Of a DNA stretch of 64,000 bases, positions 20,298-29,367 are shown one piece after another; position 1 is the stretch's first letter, and each line of letters opens with the position of its first letter. Origin of the DNA: an uncultured virus (IMG/VR IMGVR_UViG_3300028228_000217) (lineage: Duplodnaviria > Heunggongvirae > Uroviricota > Caudoviricetes); IMG/VR virus record IMGVR_UViG_3300028228_000217, one strand, 5' to 3'. Below the pieces are notes generated by a model, which was given only the letters and a program-made list of their open reading frames with translations, was not told the origin of the DNA and made no database searches. A program made the position numbers and the translations under genes.

Positions 20298-20573
20298 TCA
20301 TTTTTTATCTCCATTAGATTGGTCTTCCGAGTTCATTAATAGTACAACATAGTGTACTGCTTTTAACAGGTCTTTTCTATTCCTACCATCTTTCTTACCA
20401 AACCTTGCAAGATATTTAATTGCATTGGCCTGACAAAAATCTTTGTCTATACCACAAGACCTTAATAAGTCTTGTACTTGAACACCCTCTTTAACTTGAG
20501 CATAGTGTTGACCATAAGTACCTTGAATGTAGGTACCAATTTCTTTTAGTATTTTATCTTCATTGTATTTCAT
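20298..20573 (-). CDS. DUF3310-like protein
   Basis: HY..DFCQANAIKYLARFGKKDG..KDLLKAVHY. Confidence 0.75.
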   Translation of the reverse strand: MKYNEDKILKEIGTYIQGTYGQHYAQVKEGVQVQDLLRSCGIDKDFCQANAIKYLARFGKKDGRNRKDLLKAVHYVVLLMNSEDQSNGDKK

Positions 20574-20590
20574 TATATATTTCCTTTTCG

Positions 20591-20806
20591 TTAAATTCCT
20601 AGACACATTATAACAGATTTATTGTCTTTTGGCAAGCTATTTCCTCTTTGCAACCAATCAACAGTTTGTTCAAAATAAAAGGCTTCGTCTTCTTTACCTT
20701 CTTTTTTTAATTCTTCAGCTGCCAATTTAAAGAATTTTAGTACACCCATTTCATTAGACATAGTGTCAGGTTTACTTTGATATTTACCTGGTCTTTGATT
20801 ACTCAT
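20591..20806 (-). CDS. Hypothetical protein
   Basis: 71 aa, SD GGAGG. Confidence 0.55.
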   Translation of the reverse strand: MSNQRPGKYQSKPDTMSNEMGVLKFFKLAAEELKKEGKEDEAFYFEQTVDWLQRGNSLPKDNKSVIMCLGI

Positions 20807-21047
20807 TTATTCCTCCTGATTTAAATTCTGGTAAGTGATTAAGATTGGCAAATCTACCGTTCTTATCAACAGCATAGGCTAAAGTTTGTCTATGTGTTTT
20901 AATAGTTTCTTTAAACAACTCTTTGGCCTCTGTATATGTCTTTACCATAGTCTTGGTACTTCTATTCAGCGACCTCCACTCCATGATTGAATACTCAACA
21001 GCATTATCTATCACGCCTTGTTCCCACTCGTTTGGTGTATTATTCAC
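20799..21047 (-). CDS. Hypothetical protein
   Basis: 82 aa, overlaps neighbours by a few nt. Confidence 0.55.
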   Translation of the reverse strand: MNNTPNEWEQGVIDNAVEYSIMEWRSLNRSTKTMVKTYTEAKELFKETIKTHRQTLAYAVDKNGRFANLNHLPEFKSGGINE

Positions 21048-21300
21048 TATCTAACCAATCAGTTGCTGATTCTTCTTTTTCTATACTTTCTAATACTTTA
21101 TCTATCTGTTCAAAGTAACACCAGTTAGAACCAAATGTTATGGCACCAGTATAATTTAGAAGTGTGTCATAAGTTTGAGCATTTAAAGAGTTATCACTCT
21201 CAGCAGCTACATCTGTCAGCTCAGTAGCAATACCAATATTGGTTATAGTTCCTACTCTACCTTTGATATCTTGTATTTTATCACCTACATTTATTATCAT
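21040..21300 (-). CDS. Hypothetical protein
   Basis: 86 aa, SD AAGGA. Confidence 0.55.
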   Translation of the reverse strand: MIINVGDKIQDIKGRVGTITNIGIATELTDVAAESDNSLNAQTYDTLLNYTGAITFGSNWCYFEQIDKVLESIEKEESATDWLDSE

Positions 21301-21315
21301 AATATAATCCTTTTG

Positions 21316-21894
21316 TTAATTTAATTGTTTCACATGTTCGCTAAAGTCTACAGAATCATAACTGATACCTAGACTATAGTTGATATATTTTGGGTCTCTT
21401 TCTTTATCAAGGCCTTCAGCAGCTAAGTGCCAATCAATGGCAGTTTTCTTGTCTGAAGCACCAAGTTTGATATTTTTTTCTATAGACTTCCAAAAGTTAT
21501 CTAAATTCTCTTCTTCTATCTTTTTTTCGTAAGCAATTTCATCATCAGCAGACTTAGACCATTGAGAAATTTGTTCGGCCATGTATTCATCTGACCAGCT
21601 ATGCGATTCTGATAATACAGTTCTTGCATAAGATTTCGTAGTAGCAATTGAAACTGCCTCATACAAAGTTGTTTCATCAAGGTATCTTTCAAACTGTTTA
21701 ATGTTCGTTACATCAATATCTAACCAATGTTGGTAACTTTCTACCATCATACCAATATGCCAAGAAGGATTGTCAATCATCTCTTGTTTAGACTTTTCGT
21801 TAATTGCTTTGATGTGATTAACCAAGTCAATTTCATCTTGTCTTAACTGATTGTAGTTATCAATGTTTGATAGTGCTTGTTGTGATAGTATCAT
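21316..21894 (-). CDS. Hypothetical protein
   Basis: 192-aa acidic ORF. Confidence 0.6.
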   Translation of the reverse strand: MILSQQALSNIDNYNQLRQDEIDLVNHIKAINEKSKQEMIDNPSWHIGMMVESYQHWLDIDVTNIKQFERYLDETTLYEAVSIATTKSYARTVLSESHSWSDEYMAEQISQWSKSADDEIAYEKKIEEENLDNFWKSIEKNIKLGASDKKTAIDWHLAAEGLDKERDPKYINYSLGISYDSVDFSEHVKQLN

Positions 21895-22088
21895 TAAGCG
21901 TTCTCCAGTTCCATGTCGATTACTTCGTCAACATTGTGTATATCAATGTCTATCAAGTTTATAGCCTCGACATCTAAGATTTCTTTAATAGCAACAGATT
22001 TTGTAATCAAGTTGTTTTTCAAGTTTGTAATAATTGTATCGACAGCTTTCTCAGCTTCATCAATGTAGTAGTTTTTAACTTTTGACAT
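21894..22088 (-). CDS. Hypothetical protein
   Basis: 64 aa, SD AAAGGA. Confidence 0.55.
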   Translation of the reverse strand: MSKVKNYYIDEAEKAVDTIITNLKNNLITKSVAIKEILDVEAINLIDIDIHNVDEVIDMELENA

Positions 22089-22229
22089 AGTGTGTTTCCT
22101 TTGTTAGTGTTATTAATAATAAATTCATCATGTTATTGTCTATACTATAACATACTTTTTTCGCTTTGGCAACTCTTTTTTTAAGTCTTTCTGACAAAAC
22201 TTTTTGTTTCTTTTCGTTGTAATCTCTAA

Positions 22230-22272
22230 TCATTATGTGTCCATTATACAGGTTTCCACACAGAAAGCAAGC
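22230..22272 (-). repeat. 43-bp exact repeat copy 1, containing an early promoter
   Basis: GCTTGCTTTCTGTGTGGAAACCTGTATAATGGACACATAATGA, identical to 23005..23047; -35 TTGCTT, 17 nt, TATAAT. Confidence 0.85.
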
Positions 22273-22300
22273 TTTATTTTCACTTTTTTTGAATTATTTT

Positions 22301-22315
22301 GTTCTGGTTTTGTAC
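22301..22315. promoter_or_regulatory. Candidate LexA box variant GTTC-N7-GTAC
   Basis: GTTC-TGGTTTT-GTAC; its 17-bp context is a 16/17 inverted match to 20076..20092. Confidence 0.5.
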
Positions 22316-22328
22316 TGGTTTTAATCAT

Positions 22329-22757
22329 CTATGCAACTAACAGTTCTTTTAAATGTTTTGTTCTATTAGGGTGTTTTAACTTTCTTAATGCTTTTGCTTC
22401 AATTTGACATATTCTATCTCTTGTTACACTAAACACTAGACCAACTTCTTCTAAGGTATAGTCAGTATTCAAACCAATACCAAATCTCATTCTTATGACT
22501 CTTTCTTCTTTAGGTGTTAAATAAGTAAGAGCTTGGGTGATTTTCTCTTTTATCTGATTTTTTGCAACGATACTATCAAGGTCAATTTCACTTGTCATAT
22601 TATTCGCAACAGACAGGTCAGTAGTTTTAAAGATTGCGTCTTTACTCTTTTTATAGATTTTTTGTCTTACAAGGTGACCATTCTTATTCTTTTTTACATG
22701 ATAATAATAGTCTTTATTATCTAACTCTAAATCAAGTTTTATATTATAGTGTATCAT
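22329..22757 (-). CDS. Sigma70 region-4-only protein (RpoD C-terminal domain)
   Basis: LTPKEERVIRMRFGIGLNTDYTLEEVG..FSVTRDRICQIEAKALRKLKHP; regions 1-3 absent. Confidence 0.88.
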   Translation of the reverse strand: MIHYNIKLDLELDNKDYYYHVKKNKNGHLVRQKIYKKSKDAIFKTTDLSVANNMTSEIDLDSIVAKNQIKEKITQALTYLTPKEERVIRMRFGIGLNTDYTLEEVGLVFSVTRDRICQIEAKALRKLKHPNRTKHLKELLVA

Positions 22758-23004
22758 AGTGTTTTTCTTTCTTAATTATATGTTATTTGATATTAAACTA
22801 TATCTTTCAAATTTGAAGTCTTTGTATTTTTCTGAAATGATATATTTTTTCAATCATATCTATAACATCATTTAATAAATCGTGTGTCACAATAGACGAA
22901 TCATAATCTTTGATAATTTTATTGATTTCATATAATTTACTATCAATTTTATTGATTGTATTAAAGTAGTTGTTTTTTTAGTCATAGTGTATTGTCCTTT
23001 GTTT

Positions 23005-23047
23005 TCATTATGTGTCCATTATACAGGTTTCCACACAGAAAGCAAGC
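23005..23047 (-). repeat. 43-bp exact repeat copy 2, containing an early promoter
   Basis: Identical to 22230..22272. Confidence 0.85.
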
Positions 23048-23115
23048 GTTATTTCGCTTTTTTAAAGTTTTTTGTTACCTGGTAAGGGTTTTAGAGCTGC
23101 GACACAAAATACTTG

Positions 23116-23811
23116 TTATTTCCAAGCATTTTTTATCCATTCCATGTCGGATTCGTGTGGATTTGGCTGTCCGTGAAACACGGTTACCAACGATTCGCCA
23201 TTATGTTCATATGTCCAGTCTTGTTTAGAGTATCTAGTACCACTTCGGTCATACCATTTATATGATTGTGTCCACGAATCAGGAAAAGATGAAGTACCTG
23301 GTGTATTTAATAGAAAGTCTGATATGAGGTTCTGGTCGCCTGGAAATTTTCTTAGGTATTCTGGTCTATTGGACATGAATTTATGCCAAATTCGACCGTG
23401 AAGGGTGTTCTGTTTGAATTTCATAATACTAGAGTTCCAAACACCACTTTGTGGATTAAAATCATTCATACCACAAAAATCTGATTGTCTTTCGTGACTG
23501 TAAAAACAGTCTATGTTGCCTGTGATAACAACATCTAAGTCCATGTATAATGTAATACCTGGTAAATATGTTTCTGGATGAAATAGTTGTAGTTTATTCC
23601 ACCAACCTTGTAAATCGTTTTCGGGAAACTTTCTTATATCAATATCACCTTCAACCATCTTATGCATTTTAACATGGTCGGTGAATACAACAAAGTTTAT
23701 AGGGAGTGTGGTGTTTCTTTTCACCATATTGTAGAGTTTTTGTACATACTCTACGGCATACTTATCACCATAACAAACACAAACAAAATTATATTTCATA
23801 TCACTAACCAA
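23116..23811 (-). CDS. Glycosyltransferase (GT-A, GT8-like)
   Basis: GDKY..YV.KL..MV, WWNKLQLF, YMDLDVV, NSSIM, GDQ, FHGQPNPH. Confidence 0.8.
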   Translation of the reverse strand: MVSDMKYNFVCVCYGDKYAVEYVQKLYNMVKRNTTLPINFVVFTDHVKMHKMVEGDIDIRKFPENDLQGWWNKLQLFHPETYLPGITLYMDLDVVITGNIDCFYSHERQSDFCGMNDFNPQSGVWNSSIMKFKQNTLHGRIWHKFMSNRPEYLRKFPGDQNLISDFLLNTPGTSSFPDSWTQSYKWYDRSGTRYSKQDWTYEHNGESLVTVFHGQPNPHESDMEWIKNAWK

Positions 23812-24098
23812 TTGTACATTGCCCTCATACTAAAAATTAAATACATAAGTTCCATCAAAGCTCTAGGCCAATCTCTGTCTTTATAACCAAAGTAGACCCA
23901 CATTACACATGCAATAGCACTAAAGAGCCAACCAACCCATTGAGTAGAAACATTAGCACTTGATAGGATAAAAACAGAGGCCATTGCCAATGCAAATCCT
24001 AGCCAGCGTTCTGGTACTGCACCTTTAAAATATCGAAAGCCAAGCCATCTTCTATTTCTTGTATTGTAAACTGGTGATTTGCTATCATGTTTAGCCAT
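23796..24098 (-). CDS. Small membrane protein
   Basis: Three TM segments; true start uncertain because of overlap with upstream gene. Confidence 0.5.
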   Translation of the reverse strand: MAKHDSKSPVYNTRNRRWLGFRYFKGAVPERWLGFALAMASVFILSSANVSTQWVGWLFSAIACVMWVYFGYKDRDWPRALMELMYLIFSMRAMYNWLVI

Positions 24099-24817
24099 TC
24101 TTGCACCGTCTTCCGTCCAGGTTTAAAAGGTTTTTCAACCTTATTAATTTTACGACTTGTCACAAATGAAGCAACATGTCTTTGATGAGTAAATGCTGGT
24201 GTCATATTTAGTAAACCATCTACTGCTGATAATGACATATTTGTGACCACACAATTTGCGTTTTTCAAATCATCTTTTATATCAGTATTCCACCATTCGT
24301 TTCCAGGTCTTGGTTTATTTCTTAGTTTAATTGGCATATCAGTATATGTTTTTATCTCTGCACTAACTTGGTTAATCCATTCTTCTTGTGAGATAGCGTT
24401 TATATGCATGGTAACAGTAGGAGATGAAGGACATAATAATATATAATCACCACTATCTCTCCAACCTTTAAACTCTACATCTATACCTTGTTTCTCTAAT
24501 ATATTAAATCTATCAGGTGACACACCATGCATTTTTATAGTGTGAAGATTGCCTTTGCAAATTCTAAAATATGTCTTATCATAATCATTAATAATTGGTG
24601 TAGGATATCTTGTAATCTGTTCAGTTAAATAACCTACATCAACATACCACCATTCAATGTTTTTTTCTATACAATCTCTGATTTGAGATATATTATGTCC
24701 TGCTAATCCCCAGAAAAAATGTACTTCTTTACCCTCATCTTTCCAACCTTTTTCTATTGCTGGCCAGATTTGGTGTGATAGACATTTATCCCATGGTAAT
24801 TTGTGTGTAATAATCAT
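23999..24817 (-). CDS. Capsular-polysaccharide-type glycosyltransferase-like protein
   Basis: WWYVDVGY..YFRI, ILLCPSS, RNKP, DLKNA.CVVTNMS; paralog of 29361..30275. Confidence 0.6.
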   Translation of the reverse strand: MIITHKLPWDKCLSHQIWPAIEKGWKDEGKEVHFFWGLAGHNISQIRDCIEKNIEWWYVDVGYLTEQITRYPTPIINDYDKTYFRICKGNLHTIKMHGVSPDRFNILEKQGIDVEFKGWRDSGDYILLCPSSPTVTMHINAISQEEWINQVSAEIKTYTDMPIKLRNKPRPGNEWWNTDIKDDLKNANCVVTNMSLSAVDGLLNMTPAFTHQRHVASFVTSRKINKVEKPFKPGRKTVQEWLNMIANHQFTIQEIEDGLAFDILKVQYQNAG

Positions 24818-25483
24818 CTATAGGTTTATCTTCATTGTGTTAGCATATAAATTAAACCATTCATTTGAATATTCACTTTCGTTATAATCCATAAAATAAG
24901 GACCACCTAATGTCCAATGTACATTCTTTGCGTTTGGATTATAGTCGTATTCACCAACTAACCAGTTCCATTCTAAATCTAATGAACCAATAGCGTCTTC
25001 ATTTGGCAACCATTTAAATTGATGTAGTTCTAAACCTGAAGCTGAGTTTACATACTCAGGTGTTAATCTACTACATAGACTATTATTCATAATCATCATA
25101 CTAGACCAGTTTTTCTTTTCAAACTTTTCGTTTTTTGCACCTCTAAACTTATCTTGTTTAGGTTCATAATCATGTTTACAACACATAACAGAATAGATGT
25201 AGTTTCTTTTTTCCCACAACTCTGCAATATCTCCTCTAAACATCATATCACAGTCCATAAAAATAGAAAAACCTTCATACTTTCTTAAACTTGGTACCAT
25301 AAATCTACTAAATGCAAAATCTGTAGATTGGTTTTCTTGTTTCTCTCTTGTAAATTCTGGTATATTACTCAAACACAATGGTGTGATTGAAACTGGTTGA
25401 CTAGAGTTTCTTCTTATACTCTCAGCCAATATATGAAAGGCAACCTTTTCGCCCTCATCATAACCTATAAAAACATCTATCAT
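24818..25483 (-). CDS. Glycosyltransferase (GT8-like)
   Basis: VFIGYD, STDFAFSRF, FMDCDM, KNWSS, EWNWLVGEY, HWTLGGP. Confidence 0.85.
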   Translation of the reverse strand: MIDVFIGYDEGEKVAFHILAESIRRNSSQPVSITPLCLSNIPEFTREKQENQSTDFAFSRFMVPSLRKYEGFSIFMDCDMMFRGDIAELWEKRNYIYSVMCCKHDYEPKQDKFRGAKNEKFEKKNWSSMMIMNNSLCSRLTPEYVNSASGLELHQFKWLPNEDAIGSLDLEWNWLVGEYDYNPNAKNVHWTLGGPYFMDYNESEYSNEWFNLYANTMKINL

Positions 25484-26172
25484 ACTCTTGCCTCCGGACT
25501 ACGCCCTTTTAATTTTCTGTTACCTTTTGTATGGTCATAAACAGGACCTAATATTGACCTTGCTTGAACATGACCTGGTTTACCGTCACCAATGTTGTGA
25601 TTTCTCGTACCTCTGTTCTCAAATTCTTTTCTTACATAATCCCATACAAAACTATCATGTTGTTCTTTAAGGTCATATATGCCGTCTGTATCATACAATG
25701 ATTTCATTCTGTGTGCATACGATTGAATAACTGGATGTTTTAAATTAAAGTATAAGAAACCACATTCACTATAATGGTCACCTCTGCCTAGGTATGTCAT
25801 CATACAATCATCTCTATGTATATGTTTCTTAATCCAATCTTCATCAATTGGTTTATGAAATACACTATCAGCGTCAATACAAATTATACCATCAACATCT
25901 TCGTTTATAATGGCATGACAATATGCATATACTTTGTAACTAAAACGGACACCATCTGTAAGAAACTCTTTACCTTTTACTCTGTAGTCTGAGTATGGTT
26001 GTCTATCTTTGTTTCGTTCTACAAACTCTTTTAATTCTGGTAAGACTTTCATCATACATTCATCTTCATTGTAGATTTTCAAAGGAAATGGCCAGTTATA
26101 GGTCTCTTTAAACCTATAAGCATATTCTTTATATAATTTATTATTGTAAGTTGTAATAGTTTTAATGTTCAT
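25480..26172 (-). CDS. Glycosyltransferase-like protein
   Basis: RFSYKV, CIDAD (DxD), SECGF, HDSFVWD, DHTKG. Confidence 0.7.
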   Translation of the reverse strand: MNIKTITTYNNKLYKEYAYRFKETYNWPFPLKIYNEDECMMKVLPELKEFVERNKDRQPYSDYRVKGKEFLTDGVRFSYKVYAYCHAIINEDVDGIICIDADSVFHKPIDEDWIKKHIHRDDCMMTYLGRGDHYSECGFLYFNLKHPVIQSYAHRMKSLYDTDGIYDLKEQHDSFVWDYVRKEFENRGTRNHNIGDGKPGHVQARSILGPVYDHTKGNRKLKGRSPEARV

Positions 26173-26872
26173 CTTTACTCGCAAAATATGTTCTAGTTGG
26201 TAACTTCTTATCGACAAAAATTGCCTCTGAATTAATCACATTTTCAATCTTATAATTTCTATCTTCTAACCATGCTTTGATTTCTCTAAAGTTTGTACCA
26301 TATCTTAGATAGTGTTTGTCTTTAGTTTCTAGTATAATGATAGGTTTACATGCCTTAATTGTGTGTTCACCACCTTTTAAAACTTCTAACTCAAAACCCT
26401 CTACATCTATTTTAATAAAATCAACTCTTGAATAACCAAACATGTCAAGTGTTTTTATCTGCACCTCTTCGGTACCATTTTTTAAATCTACAAAAGGATT
26501 ACCTGAGTTATCATCATTTGTGTTTAGTTTTATAGTACCACTCTTTGAACCTAAAGCACAAGTATGAAGTCTATAATTAGTAATACCTCTATCGGCCATA
26601 TTATTAATTAAACATTCTTTATTTTCTCTGACAGGTTCAAAAATGATAAGTTCTTTAAAATGATTTGCCATATCAACAGACCATAAACCAATATGACCAC
26701 CAATATCAATAGCTACTTTACTTCTACTTGCATATTTTAAAGAAAATGATAATGCATAATCTCTTTGTTGTGTTTGATAATCATAACCTCTATTAATAAC
26801 AGATTGTTCTTCTAACTTCTCTGATATATGTTTATCACTATCAGGTAACCACCAATCAAAGACTTTTTTCAT
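26162..26872 (-). CDS. FkbM-family methyltransferase
   Basis: IDIGGHIG, FEP, DFIKIDVEGFE. Confidence 0.9.
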   Translation of the reverse strand: MKKVFDWWLPDSDKHISEKLEEQSVINRGYDYQTQQRDYALSFSLKYASRSKVAIDIGGHIGLWSVDMANHFKELIIFEPVRENKECLINNMADRGITNYRLHTCALGSKSGTIKLNTNDDNSGNPFVDLKNGTEEVQIKTLDMFGYSRVDFIKIDVEGFELEVLKGGEHTIKACKPIIILETKDKHYLRYGTNFREIKAWLEDRNYKIENVINSEAIFVDKKLPTRTYFASKDEH

Positions 26873-27558
26873 TAATTTGCTCTTATAATAACTGCTTCAG
26901 ATAAACACTTGTTTCTTGGTCTATTTAAATAAATCTCATAAGGACCATTTTTAAACTCTTTTAACAAGTCTTCATATTGTTTCAAACTTTCTTCGTTGTC
27001 AATTAACTTAACTTCGAACTCAATTAGAAATGCTTTGAATTGTACATCTTGGTCAATAATCTCTCTACAGAAATCCCACCATACACCCTCAATATCTGCT
27101 TTGATAATATCAGGTTGTGGCATATCATCAGCCATAATCGTTTGTAGATTTTTTGTTTCTACTGTGATATGTGCTGGGTTTTCACCAAACTGTGGTAGTG
27201 GTATAAGTGAATAACATTTTGATAAGTCACTTCTATCATAATAAAAGTTCATACTGCCATTCTCACCAGCATATGCTAGTTGATGAAATGTCATCTTGTC
27301 TTTACCAGGAAAGTTTGTTTCAAATAGTTTCACACTATCTGGTGTAGGGTCATATAAATGTATATTCATATCAGGATTGTCTTTTAACATGGCCTGTTCC
27401 CAACCCACATCTCTATGTACACCTAATGATAATACATTTGTACTATCTTTGACCACACTTTCTGGCAGCCAGTAGTTTTTATATTGTTTAAAAGATTGAG
27501 GTTGCATATATTCACCTTCTAATCGTTTAATCTCACTTAATAGTTCTTGTTCCGTCAT
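26872..27558 (-). CDS. FkbM-like methyltransferase
   Basis: LSLGV, YDPTP, DIIKADIEG. Confidence 0.8.
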   Translation of the reverse strand: MTEQELLSEIKRLEGEYMQPQSFKQYKNYWLPESVVKDSTNVLSLGVHRDVGWEQAMLKDNPDMNIHLYDPTPDSVKLFETNFPGKDKMTFHQLAYAGENGSMNFYYDRSDLSKCYSLIPLPQFGENPAHITVETKNLQTIMADDMPQPDIIKADIEGVWWDFCREIIDQDVQFKAFLIEFEVKLIDNEESLKQYEDLLKEFKNGPYEIYLNRPRNKCLSEAVIIRAN

Positions 27559-28106
27559 ATTTTCCTCACTAATATTAAATCGTTTTTATATTCTGCTTTA
27601 ATTTCATAACCCATTTCTTTTAATAAATCAATGGCGCCAGTTTCTTTTCCCCATTTTTCATCACTACCATTGTCTTCAATGATAATAATAGGTGAATATT
27701 TATTGATAGTATTTTCACCACCTTTTAAAACTCTAAATTCATGGCCTTCTACATCAATCTTAATTAGGTCGACCATTTTAAAATTAAAACTATCTAAGGT
27801 CTTTTGTTGTACTATTTTTTCTTTTGCTTCTTTTCTAGGTTTATCTGTAATGACACCTGAATATGCCTTTACTTGTTTTTCTTCATCACCTAATGCAATT
27901 TCTCTATGTGTCACATTACGCATTGTATCAAAACCTGGTCTTTTTCTATAATCAAATGCTTCAACTTTAGTAAAATCCTCTGACATAGGTCTACTAAAAT
28001 CGCCATCTCTACAACCAATATCAATAGCAGTTCTAAATTCTTTTAAATAAGGTTTTGCAGCCAAATATGTCATTAAGCAAACATATTCATTTGATTTAAT
28101 TTTCAT
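27555..28106 (-). CDS. FkbM-family methyltransferase
   Basis: IDIGCRDG, DLIKIDVEGHE. Confidence 0.88.
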   Translation of the reverse strand: MKIKSNEYVCLMTYLAAKPYLKEFRTAIDIGCRDGDFSRPMSEDFTKVEAFDYRKRPGFDTMRNVTHREIALGDEEKQVKAYSGVITDKPRKEAKEKIVQQKTLDSFNFKMVDLIKIDVEGHEFRVLKGGENTINKYSPIIIIEDNGSDEKWGKETGAIDLLKEMGYEIKAEYKNDLILVRKI

Positions 28107-28732
28107 ATTGCAATTCTTCAAAATCATGTTTAAAATATTTATATACTACATTTTTCTGTTCTTGTGTGTAAGGTTTACTTTTATAAGTAGATTTTTTAAT
28201 ATGTTTTTTACTTATATCATAACCTTTGTTTTGTAAATAGGACCATACTGTATCATCTTCTATCTTAAATGTATTTACAGGTTTATTTGTTTGTCCTTTA
28301 TACCAAAATATTTTGATTTGAAAATGCATCCGGCACTTGAAAAGTGTTTATCCATCTATGTCTATCAAAATCATTTGTCAATAACTCAACCCAACCATCA
28401 AACTTTATTTTTTCTAAATTTTCAACTCTTTTAATTAATAGAGTTCTATCTCCACCTTTTAATGGTAAATCACCAAGCAATCTTTTCTTGTCCCATTCAA
28501 TTTGAAAATGATAAAAACTATAAAATCTATCATAAGGATTTCTGACTGTTACAAAATATTCATCACCAGTAATTCCTATTGAATTTAATCGTTTAATTGA
28601 TGAGTGAACACCGTTATGTGTTACCTCATTATCAATAAAATTTGAATTTTTAAGAGCCTCAGTAATACTAGAACCACCACATTTTGGAGGGTGTATAAAA
28701 ATTATATTGTGATTTTTTAATTTAAAGCTCAT
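28096..28732 (-). CDS. Sulfotransferase family 2 protein (frameshift near 28310)
   Basis: FIHPPKCGGSSI and VRNPYDRFYSFY PAPS motifs; second piece ends VYKYFKHDFEELQY. Confidence 0.8.
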
Positions 28733-29367
28733 TCATATACCGGCCAATCTGTTTGAAAAGTTACATAATTTAATTGTATGCCTCTTCGTTCTACTTTAAT
28801 ATTTTTACCTTTATTCATACCATGCCATTTGTTAGGTCCATGAAATATATATCCATAATTATTCCAAAATGGTACAGTTTTTATCAACTCTAAATCTTCG
28901 CTATATAAATCTGTGCCTAAGTTAATATTTTCGCCTGTTTTGTTTACATAAATTAAGCTTGATATTAGTTTCTCTGGTATATCACAATGAGGTTTCAACC
29001 AAAATCCTTCTACATCATTCAATACTTCTAATCTTACAAATGAACCTTCAAAACCATCTTCATTACCAACCATCTTAGCAATATGTTTCCTTACAGGTAC
29101 ACTTCGCAAATCATTAATAAGTTTTGTGAGTTCAGGATACTTTTGATAATTATCCTTTGTAATATATTCTCTTAGTTTATGGTTTTGTTTCTCAACACCT
29201 TTTACATAACCTGACCTTGTACCATCATGCAAAACTCCATCTCTAGTTACACTAGCGTTTCTAACCTCATCAATTTGTTCATCTGTTAAGATGTTTTCAA
29301 TGATGAAATGTTCCCAAGGATTGTCTTGTAATTTACTTTTTTGTAAACTTTCTAATATCTTTACCAT
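28729..29367 (-). CDS. 2OG-Fe(II) oxygenase
   Basis: PHCD..K, WHG, RR..QLNY. Confidence 0.75.
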   Translation of the reverse strand: MVKILESLQKSKLQDNPWEHFIIENILTDEQIDEVRNASVTRDGVLHDGTRSGYVKGVEKQNHKLREYITKDNYQKYPELTKLINDLRSVPVRKHIAKMVGNEDGFEGSFVRLEVLNDVEGFWLKPHCDIPEKLISSLIYVNKTGENINLGTDLYSEDLELIKTVPFWNNYGYIFHGPNKWHGMNKGKNIKVERRGIQLNYVTFQTDWPVYE

